The translations under genes were made by a program, and so were the position numbers. The notes below the pieces were generated by a model. The model saw only the letters and a program-made list of their open reading frames with translations, did not search any database and had not been told where the DNA came from. Positions 54,361-64,000 of a stretch of 64,000 nt of DNA are shown one piece after another (positions within the stretch are counted from its first letter, which is position 1; each line of letters opens with the position of its first letter). This DNA comes from Lama guanicoe (Eukaryota), in assembly GCA_013239625.1 (NCBI GenBank), contig MU054220.1, forward strand, positions 4,465,374 through 4,529,373. The letters run 5' to 3'.

Positions 54361-55696
54361 CAGCAGCTCCCACGATGGTGGCTCCTGGACCAGCCCAGGG
54401 AGGGGTTCAGTGTGAGGAGAGACAGGGTGAAGAGGGTGGGCCACAGGAAGAGTCTAGAATTCAAACTGGGAGCCAGGCTCCACTTCCCAACAACTTCTCC
54501 AGAGAGAAGACTAGTGTCCTCCGGCCCAGGTAGCCATCGGGTGGGGTAGGGAGGGGAGCACGGATGACACCCAACCCCACTCCTTTTTCCACGGCAGGGC
54601 CCCTCCCCACCCACGGACACCTCGGCACTCAAGGCAGAGCAGGCAGCGCCCAGCCAAGACAGTGGACCAGTCAGGACCCCCCACGGAGTGGGGAGGGCAC
54701 TCGAAGCAGTGCCTTCTGTCCAGCCTCCATCTGCACATGAGATTACTGTTGAAGATATAAGGAAGAAAACCACAAAGGCTTGGCTGACAGGGGTCATGAG
54801 GCCACAGGAAATGGAACAGAACTGCAGGCTGCCAGAGCAGGAAGGAACTTTCCAGATGAGTTGGGTTCAGTGTTCAGAGCAATGGGCATGACTCATCAGT
54901 GGGCCACACAATCAGCCAGGGGTCACAACCAGCATTTTTTAATAATGCACAACAGAAAAGATCAGTGTAGACACATGTAATAAAGTATTGTTTCATGAAG
55001 CTTTAGTTTTAGTTAAATCTGTGTGCAAACTGGTTCAACCCCGGTATTCTGCAGATGGGAAAACAGGAGCCAAGTGCAGGAAAAGGCTTGGCCCACCAGA
55101 GACTGGACCCAGAAAGTCCTGATGCCAGGATGCTACTGCCCCAGCACCCAGGGGCTGCCTTTCAGAGGCTTGACTTCTTATTCACCTTTTAACCTGAGAC
55201 ACAATAAGCCTTGTCAACTGGCACCCCATGTTGCTTCCAGGCTAAAGAGGGAAGAACCCAGTGCTTCTGATGGGGGGCGGGGTGATGAGGGTGTTGTGAC
55301 AGAATATCCTCCTTCTTCTTGCTGCTCCTTCTCTGGCTCTTTCCCTTTTCCCTGCCTCCTTTCCCTCCTCCCAACCCCGCTGTGGGAACACCCCAGGCTC
55401 AGGTCCCCTTCCACACTCCCTCCCATCTGCCTCCACAGTGGCCTCTTACAGCTGTCTTCCCAGTCTCTCTTGGCCATTCTGGGCCTTTTCTCCCCCAAGG
55501 CCTTGTCCTACACCTGTCTACACATTAGTCACTCCATCCCCAATGCAGTGAGATCTGTCCCAAGCCCCGTGTGAGCCCCACCCTGCCCTGCCTACGGGTT
55601 GGAGGACTTTTCTTCCCATCTACATTATTTGATGATAATAATACCTGCAAACAGAGCTACACTGTCACATTCAATTCTCACAACAACCCTGTTTTA

Positions 55697-55842
55697 TCTT
55701 ATTTTAAAATTTTTAATTTACTTATGGGAGGGGGAGGTAATTGTTTGTTTATTTTTTTTTTTAATGGAGGTACTGGGGATTGAACCCAGGACCTCGTGCA
55801 TGTTGAGCATGCGCTCTACCACTGAGCTATACCCTCCCCCCC
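55697..55842 (-). mobile_element. tRNA-Ala-derived SINE (camelid vic-1 type) inserted into a MIR
   Basis: Reverse complement GGGAGGGTATAGCTCAGTGGTAGAGCGCATGCTCAACATGCACGAGGTCCTGGGTTCAATCCCCAGTACCTCCA plus A-rich tail; exact 12-bp TSD AACCCTGTTTTA at 55685-55696 and 55847-55858. Confidence 0.88.
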
Positions 55843-57084
55843 AAAAAACCCTGTTTTAAAGGAGGAGAAACTCAGGGAAAGAAATTTGTCAAGGGCACAG
55901 CAGTAAGTGGAGGAGCTGGCTCTAGAACCAGGCCTATATGGCTCCCAAATTTACAAACACTATTACCCTGCCTGGCTGGTTCCGGCAGCCTTTCCTCCAA
56001 AGGATCCTGGAAAGGGCAGGATGGCATGTCTGCGAGGGGTGAGTATCTCCTCCCTTAGCTGCAATGAGGAAAGGAATGTTCCAACCCCAGGAGGAAAGAA
56101 TACTGGAAATGTTCTCCTCTCACTTTTCCCCCAAGAGAGGAGGACAGACTTCTCTGAAAGGGGAGCTTGGGAGAAGGAAGTGGGTTGGGGGATGGTGAAT
56201 CCCTTTCCTGCCCACGTCCAGATCTGCCAGCCCACAGAGAGTGTGTATGCTGCTCAGCTCCTGTGTCCCCCACCTGGAAGAGACTCACCTCCTCTGCTCT
56301 CCGTGAGCAGACATAGTGGGGCGGACAGCAACTGCCCTGGGAGCTGGTGAGGACAGGGCCTGCTGTGCTGTTTCCTCGAACAGGGTGCCCCAAGGCCCAG
56401 ACTTGGTGAGGGAGTATCTCCCGTCCAGCTCTGTCAGATATTTTGACCTCACAGCTGAGTCCTGTGTCTGCTTTTCTTTCGCTTCAGCACTCATGGCAAG
56501 AGGGAGTGTTACTGGCAACAGGAAATCCAGCATCTTTTCCCCTCACCACTCCAAGGAGGTAACAGGCCACACACAAAGACCTCTCTGCCTGGGCTCCTGT
56601 CCTGGTCCCCCACCAGGCTTCCCATTCCAGTCCCATCCCCTCCTCCCAGGCCTGATCTGGGCCCATCTTCCTCTCTTACCTTCTCTCCTCCAGCTCAACA
56701 CTCCTTACACAAGCCCCTGGACAGCAGCCACTGCTCATGAACCTTTGGGCTGTCACTTCAGGGTCCTTCTCCAAATGCCTCCTCCACCATGCAGCCTTCC
56801 CTGACTACCATCCCAAATGATATCCCATGTTCCTCCAATGCCTGTAGCGCTCATTATCAGGACTCTTCATTTTACATTCACCTTGTTATCAAGGTTTTTC
56901 AAGTGTGAGTCTTGTTTTCTCAACAAATCACATATAACACAACAATGCTAACACTGGCTAAGGTATACCGAGGGCTTGCTGACTCCATGCCAGGCATGGG
57001 ACAGTCTCTCTTTCAAGGAGAGGAGCTTTCTAGAACACCAGCCTGGCACATTATTGATGCTCAACGCATGGCATGAATTTCGCA

Positions 57085-57930
57085 GATACACTCAAACACT
57101 GTTGGTAGGAGAAGTTGGTGCAACCTTTCTGGAAAGCCATTTACATTATGTATTTAAAGCCTTAAAGATATATACGGTCTTCCCAATCTAGGGCAGGACC
57201 CCACTTGCAGGAATGTATTCTAAGAAACAGTCATGTACACAAAGGTTTAGCCACAGGAAGGCTGCATGAGAAGAGGGATGGTGCTTCAGTTTCTACAACT
57301 GTAGCATGGGGATTAAAAGTAGTGCCTAGTCCATGGGCTGTTGTGTAGATTAATAAATCAGGAGTTAATATATGCAAACCACTTAACACAGGGCCTGGCA
57401 CCATATCAGGCTTCATAAAAATTTAACTTACCTGTTCTTTTATTATTTGAATTGAGGCCTGACTGAGGCCAGATCCTGGACTCTTAGCTACACCATCTCC
57501 CTGCCTCCCCCATTCACTCTCATGATTTCCAAAATCAACAGAACACTTACTAATAGCAAAAACAACTCCAACCTCAACAACCATCAAATTATCCAACACA
57601 ATGAGACCGGTTACATAATGCTACAACTATATACAATTCTACACAGCCACTCAAAACCACGGTAGGGAACAATAATTAATGCCATGCACCAATGTACAAA
57701 ACAAGTAGAAAAAGACTACAAGATGATGAGTTCAATATGAAGTTGCTTTTTCTTTTTTTTTTTAAAGTATACAAATATGTAGGGAAAAAAAATCCACTGG
57801 AAAGGGCAAAGACTTGTCATCTCTGATGTAAAGTTACAAATGATTCTCCTTTCTCCTTTTATCTTTCTTTTAAATTTCTCACAAAGAACACACATTCCTT
57901 TTGTAGTTAGGAAATAAAAACCAATTTTGA
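57085..57930 (+). mobile_element. Old L1ME 3' fragments interrupted by a MIR (about 57290-57450)
   Basis: TTGGTGCAACCTTTCTGGAAAGCCATTT, CCCACTTGCAGGAATGTATTCTAAG; MIR TAGTGCCTAGTCCATGGGCTGTTGTG. Confidence 0.55.
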
Positions 57931-58599
57931 GGAAGGAAATAAAAACCATGTCAGTTTATTTCCATCTTTAATAGGAGGGATTGTGTCTTCCTTTTATGTG
58001 TTCCCCACAGCATCTAACACACAATTTCTGGACATAAAAGCCCTGGTCTTGAACAGAATCCCAGCCTGGCAATCTTGTTTACTCTTTCAGGCCAAGGCGT
58101 TCTGTACAGACTCTAGAAATGGCCTGCAGGGACAAGAAAACAATGCGACTGGCGGGGGTGCGTCAGACTGGTCTGTGACCTGCTCACCCAGCTGGGAAAC
58201 ATGGTGAACTGACCTGCGGGGCAAGAGGCGCTGGAACCAGGCCAGGGCTGGTGCATTAGGAGACCAATTACCTGGGGAGCATGTGGCGGGGCTGCAGAGA
58301 ACGACTAGGTCTTGATATGAGGCCACTTTGGCATCTGGGAGTTCTCTTCATCTCGGCCTAGAGAACTTCCCAGGAGACACCTAAGTGCAGCTGGACCTTA
58401 ATATGATCAGCTTCTTTCAGCACAATTTCCATTTTGCCCTTCCTCCCCTTGCTGACTGCAACAGAGGTGCAGGGATCCAGGGAGCCCGACAAGGGGAAAG
58501 ACTGGGGTCACGAGGCCATCCATCAGTCACACCGGGATCGCCCACCCAGCATGAGGGTCGGGGCTAGCAGGGCATGTGGAATGTCCCACTCAAAACAAT

Positions 58600-58795
58600 T
58601 ACATTAGTAAGTACATTACTGTCAGGCATGTCACATTCATGATCTCAACCCTCACAGGATCTTGGGGAGGTTGCTGCTTCTGTGTCCATTTCACAGCTGA
58701 GGAGACTGAGGCTTGGGGGCTGAGTGATGGGTCCAAGGTGACTCAGCTAGGAAGGGCAGAGTGGGATTCAAGCCCAGGTCGGCCTGACTCAAGCT
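58600..58795 (-). mobile_element. MIR SINE
   Basis: CCATTTCACAGCTGAGGAGACTGAGGCT...GGGATTCAAGCCCAGGTC. Confidence 0.75.
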
Positions 58796-60009
58796 GCGGC
58801 TGTATCCACAAGGACTCTGCGGTCAGTCTGACATACGTGGAGGCTGTGGCAGAGTGCAGTGTCATAGCTCTTTCCTAACTCCACCCTTGCAGGCAGCTCT
58901 GAGATATGAGTGGTATGGTCCCCCCTGCAAAGGCGGATCTGAGCCAGTCTTGCCTGAAACTGTCCAGCTAACTCCCCTGAGCAATTGGTGCAGAGCTCGG
59001 CTTGTGCTATTTTTGGCAGGAGGATGCTACCTTGAGCTGCAGCAGGGATCCTTGCCACGCATCAAGCCACCTGGCTGGTGCGGCACAGGGACTGTCAATA
59101 CCACTCCTTGAAGGGCTGCCCCAGTAGGCACTGCGACCTTCCAGGGCTATGTGTACCCATGTTCCCTCTTGTCACCAGGTTCTGCTTCTAGATGGGGATC
59201 TCAGAAGAGGTCACAGAACTTGAGTGGTGATAAGAACACTGACTGAGGTGCTTGTTGTGGGCCTTCATGCTGGTTCTGCCGCATTCCCTGGGTGGCCCTC
59301 AGGTGAGCACTCAACTCCTCGGGGTCTCAGTTTTCTCATCTGTCCAATGGGGAGAGTAGTTTCTAACCTACACCCTCACAGGACTTCTGGGGGAAAAGGG
59401 CAAGGCGTGGGCAAGAGTCCTCCAGCTCTCCTCTCTGGCCCCCCTGCTCCGAGCACAGGGCAGGAGGCTGTTCCGGGAGGCAGGCTGAGGGTGGGGGAGG
59501 GTGGTGAGAGGGAAGCCCCACATTCAGACTTCCTCCCCTGATTTTTGCCTCGAGGCTAAGTGTCCACCTTTCCCTCTCACACCAGGTGAACAGAGGCTAA
59601 CGGTTAGCGTCAGAGAGAGGGGGACAGGGAAGAACTTAGTGTCTAATCCCTTGATACATTTTCAGAGAAAACATTCCAGAAAACTTTTCTCTAACCAACA
59701 AGGGCATGAAAGAGACTCTCCTGTAGGGACCCCTTCCTCTCCCTGACTCTCCTGAGTCCTGACTGGGTGGGTGGCCAGCAGCTCGAATACCCCAGGCCAG
59801 AGTTTGGGAGGCCCCACAGCATCCTTCATCCCCTCATCCCACAAACATTCTTTAGGCAAGGAGGATACAGCAGCTCTCAACCCAAATCGCTTTTTGGAGG
59901 GTGTGGATTCCCTTCCTAGATGGTCCCACCCAGGCCCATTCTCCATGTGCAGACAAGGAGGGCAGGGAGGGACCTGATAGCAGAGGCACAGACTGTCGTA
60001 AGAGCGACC

Positions 60010-60260
60010 TAGCAGCGGAGGGTGGCGGGGAGGACCCTCCCACTGCAGCCTCTTGGGAAGGAGGGGCAGACCTTCCGTCTCCGCCGCTGCCGCCGCCAAG
60101 TGCCTGCCGCGGGCTCACGTTTGCCTTTCAGGGGCGTCTGGAGCATCACAGGCGGTGCGCGGCAGGCGTTTGTCACAGCGCTCGCTCACCCACGCCCTTC
60201 CTGCAGTGGGCGGCTAATTGCAACCTGATCACGCGGCCCTCAAGAGCTCCGCGCCTGGCC
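60010..60260. promoter_or_regulatory. Small CpG-rich non-repetitive patch (candidate enhancer or alternative promoter)
   Basis: Local cluster of CpGs and CCG runs in otherwise CpG-poor DNA. Confidence 0.5.
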
Positions 60261-62675
60261 CACCACTTCCTCCTGCCTCCCACCCCACGGGGAGAAGCTT
60301 CCAGGCTCCCAGGCAAGAACCTGAGGCTTTGCTGGCTGGCCGGTAAAGGGGCCAAAAAAGCAGTTCCTCCAGCCCCAGGGGACTCTGACTGCGGCTGCCC
60401 CCACCCCCACCCGCCACTGACTGCCTGGGGCCAGGGCTAGGGGAGGCCCAGAGACCATACTAAATGCCTGCCCACCAGGGACTCCCGATCTCAGGATCTG
60501 ATCTGTCCTCTGGGTACCTCAGTCTCCTTATCTATTTTAAAAAAAACCAACCATCTCATTGGGTTGCTTTTAGGAATAAATCAGATTATGTATGTAACAG
60601 GCCCAGGAAACACTATGCTTCCTCCTGGCTTTCACCTTTCCTTCACTTTTAGAAACCCAGAATGTGTGTCCAGAGTTAAAAGCTTATGGGGTCAGAGGCC
60701 AGGATCCTGCCTGAGCATGTCCACACTCTTGGAGGCCACATGAGAATAGGGACTGTCCCTGATGTCCAGGGAATATGACATCACCATTACATGGAGGGGC
60801 AGTGACAACCTAGAAATAACTGTAATGGTAACATTGGCACACATACCCTGGTCAGCTCCAAGTTGGCTCATTTGAGAAAACTATCTTTTGGTTAATTAAT
60901 GCTGGCTACAAAAACACTACCTAATTTATCCTGTTTTCCTACACTCCTCTCTGACACTGGCCCCCACGCCCAGCAGAAAGCCCAGCCCAGCATGGGGCTC
61001 TATTCACAGGCTGGGGAAGACTTTTCTAATTTGGCACAGCAGCACTAAGCCAGCTAGAAAAGGCACCATTAGCCTGTGTTCCACTCTCATTAATAAACAT
61101 CAAAATAATTTCCCTGTTGACCCTCAGACACAGGAATCAACATATCTAAGAATGGATTTCAGCAGCATAAAACTGACAAAGGTCTCATCCAGGGAAGGGT
61201 TCCTTGCAAAGAGAAAATGGGAAGGGGTAAGGGGTAAAGGGTAAGGGGACAGTTGTAGACTAGGTCCCTCTGAGAGCATGTGGGTGGAGCCACGTATAAG
61301 TAAAGATTTAAACAAACAGAATGCATCACTATGGAAACATTCGGCTTTTTCAAAGGCATAGTTAAGAAAATAAAGCAATCAAGACTCCAGATTCAACCCT
61401 ACAAGTGTTTATGACCAGAAAAGGCAAAGTGGGCCTTAGATATTCTGCAGCCAAGTAAAAGCTGCCAGAACTCGAGGAAGAAATATTCCCAGCAGGGCAG
61501 GGACCCATCATGTGTCAGGGCTTTTTCTGAAGCCCTCCAACTGAAGCATTCTGCTCACTACAGGGCCCACTTAACTCTCCTGGGGTTTCTATGACAAAAG
61601 TCAGGAGACAGTGCCCCTTACTGACCAGGTCCAGACAGATCCGCCACTTGCGAGGGCAGGTCACAGCAGCCATGGAGGCAGCAGGGAGTCCCACAGAAAA
61701 TGGCAGGCTTACGACCTGTGACCCAGACTTATTAGGAATCATCAACACCACGTGGGCTAGTGGTTTAGTCAACAACGCAGATCGTGATTTTAATACTGAG
61801 GATACAATCTGATGGTAAGTGTCAGACTGTTCCAATCTGCGCTTTTGAGGCAAGCTGCCTGTTGTCAACAAGTTTTCAGTGTGCAGCCGACCTGCGTCTC
61901 TAGGCTGTTGGCTGATCAGTCGTGGTGTTGGTCAGCCTCAGGAAGAAGCCTGGTGCTGAGTCTGGGCAAAGTCCCCAGAAGTCTCACAGGTGAAAACAAA
62001 GGGAGGAAGGCCTACTTGCTTACCTCTAGAAGTTTGCTTGGGTATGGTCAGGAAACTCTTGTTTTGTCACTTGCCAGGAAGGTTGGATGAGAATTTGTCT
62101 ATTTTGCCATAAATTGGATTGTGTCCCCTCAAAATGAGCTTCCCTCAGTACAACGGACAATGCCAGTCCAGTTGGCGGCAGAGTTTCTAAGAGATGCTAG
62201 AGCTGATTAAGGAGGGATGAGATGCAGATGCCTGCCCTGGTGCACAGGAAAGCCAGGGGATAAATGAAGTGGCCTGGCAGTCAGCCTGGCCAGCAGGGCA
62301 CTAGGGTGAGCTTGGGTCACCGGCTCTGCAGGAGCAAGCTCTGAGGCTCAGGGGCCTGGGGTTGCCCAGTAGATTATTCCACCTAAATTCTGCATGGCAG
62401 AATTTAGCCTGTGCTTTCCATTCTGGTTCTGCCATCTTTAAGCCCTATGAAATGGCCTCACCACTTAAGAGGCTCAGTTGCCTAGTCTCTACAATGGGAA
62501 CAGCAGAGCTTTAGGGAGGATTAGGGATTATGTATAAAGTTCCTAGGACGGTTACTGAATTGTCCTGGCAGGTTATTATTAAAGCTCAAAAAAGGGGCAG
62601 CTAAAAAACTAAACCTGTTCTTCTTCATGCTACAGCCATTATATTTGCCCCCTCTGCTTTACAAGTAACGTTGGC

Positions 62676-62697
62676 AAAAAAAAAAAAAAAAAAAAAA
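62676..62697 (+). repeat. A22 homopolymer
   Basis: Direct read; no recognisable retroposon body attached. Confidence 0.9.
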
Positions 62698-64000
62698 GCT
62701 TCACCCTTAATTCCTAGTTAAGATCTGCCACCAGTAAAACACAGCAACAGGTTGGAGCAGTCACTGAGCACGGGCATCCTTTGCCAGGGTCTGGAATCCC
62801 TGTCTGGTCCTACACCCTGTACTTTTACTTTATGGCAAGTACCTACTTGACATTTTAGAAGGGACATTATCTTAGTGGTAGAAAGAAGCAGTTCTTGCGT
62901 TTGACAGCAAGAAACAAAACCTTGCTCTCAGATGAAGAAACCCAGGTGGTGGCCCAAGCTGTGTGCTGAAGAGTAGGAATTCGTTTCCCTGACAGACATG
63001 GCAGTGATGAGGGAAGAGATCAAATCTGCAGCTGACGCAAGGGGAGAGCATGATCTAGCACTAGGAGAGATGTGGCAAGACCTGGAGTCATCTGCCAGCG
63101 CCTTCATTTGTGGGCATGGGAGAGGAATTTCCCCAGGTCATACATCCAACTCATAACCAAAGCTGGCTGCCCAACCCTGGCCGGGTTTTGTCTGTCTGAA
63201 TAGGAGGAAAGCTAGGAGTTAAAGAGAGGTTTGATTTTATTGTTATGGTGATTTGTACCTCCCGCACAGGAAGGCTTCCTATGAGGCTCAGATTTTATAA
63301 AGCATTTAGTGTTTCTTAGATAAAGGAGCTATGCACACGCAACCACATTTTAGAAACAGAGACTCTGACTCAAGAAGCCACAGAGCTTGTCAGAGAAGGG
63401 AGCCTGGCCAGGCAAAGCATCCACCTGAGTTCTGGGGAAGAGCCTGCCCAGCCTTTGGCACTTGATCATGATCACGGGGATCATCTATCTTACAGTATGG
63501 AATGGAAACAAGACCAAAAGCAAGAAGGCTTTGTAAACTTTCCCCACAGGCAGCAAGGGAAACTCTAACTCTCTCACCCTACTTTCATCCATTTAATTCC
63601 ATTCTCTTTCTCTTCTGTTTTCCCTGTCTTGGTTTGGAACTGATCTGGCACACTGCTCCTAAGTCAAGGGGTCAGGAAGACACGTGCTTTTATGATGCAA
63701 TGAGGGGCAGCCTCTGTTCTGTTTTGGGAACCTTGGTGACATCACAGACTAATGATTGAATCTTGGGAACTTGTGTAGAAGAGAGCACTGAGTCAGAAGA
63801 AAGCCTTAGTCATAGGGTTACTGAAATTGAAAGAGAACAGAACTATTAGGTAACTGAGTCTATTCCCTGCAGGACTGCTCCTTCTCCTATCTGGCTTGGG
63901 TTTAAATGACTTAAGTAATTCCCCAGGGGAAACTAATCTATGTGGAACAGCTGCCACTAGCAGGGCGTTTGCTGCTCTTCAGCCGAAATTTCTCATGACA

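Noticed and set aside
61000..64000. ALKBH3 last exon expected from human synteny
   Set aside because: No sequence encoding a recognisable ALKBH3 C-terminus was found; it probably lies beyond the right edge.

Overview
Mammalian genomic DNA, most likely a camelid, judged from two tRNA-Ala-derived vic-1-type SINEs and a cetartiodactyl-type L1 3' end. Only one protein-coding gene is supported: intronless C11orf96 (123 aa, minus strand, 45177-45548). It sits in a CpG island with a TATA box, CRE-like and CArG-like sites, a strong Kozak ATG, and a 3' UTR carrying AU-rich elements, two miR-19 8-mer sites and AATAAA. The rest is intergenic and full of decayed transposons (L1, L2, MIR, MaLR/ERVL LTRs, hAT DNA elements) and microsatellites; the other ORF-track entries look like noise. 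Repeat family names come from recognition by eye and their boundaries are approximate unless a target-site duplication (TSD) is given. I see no demonstrably new multi-gene system. The best leads are three. (1) C11orf96 contains a near-copy of the MYPT1 Thr696 inhibitory phospho-motif, suggesting a PP1/myosin-phosphatase regulator. (2) Frame-broken but splice-site-retaining orthologues of the upstream exons of the long human C11orf96 model lie 12-13 kb upstream. (3) A G-quadruplex-associated templated-insertion scar lies at 27.0-27.2 kb. Comparisons to human proteins are from memory and need database confirmation.
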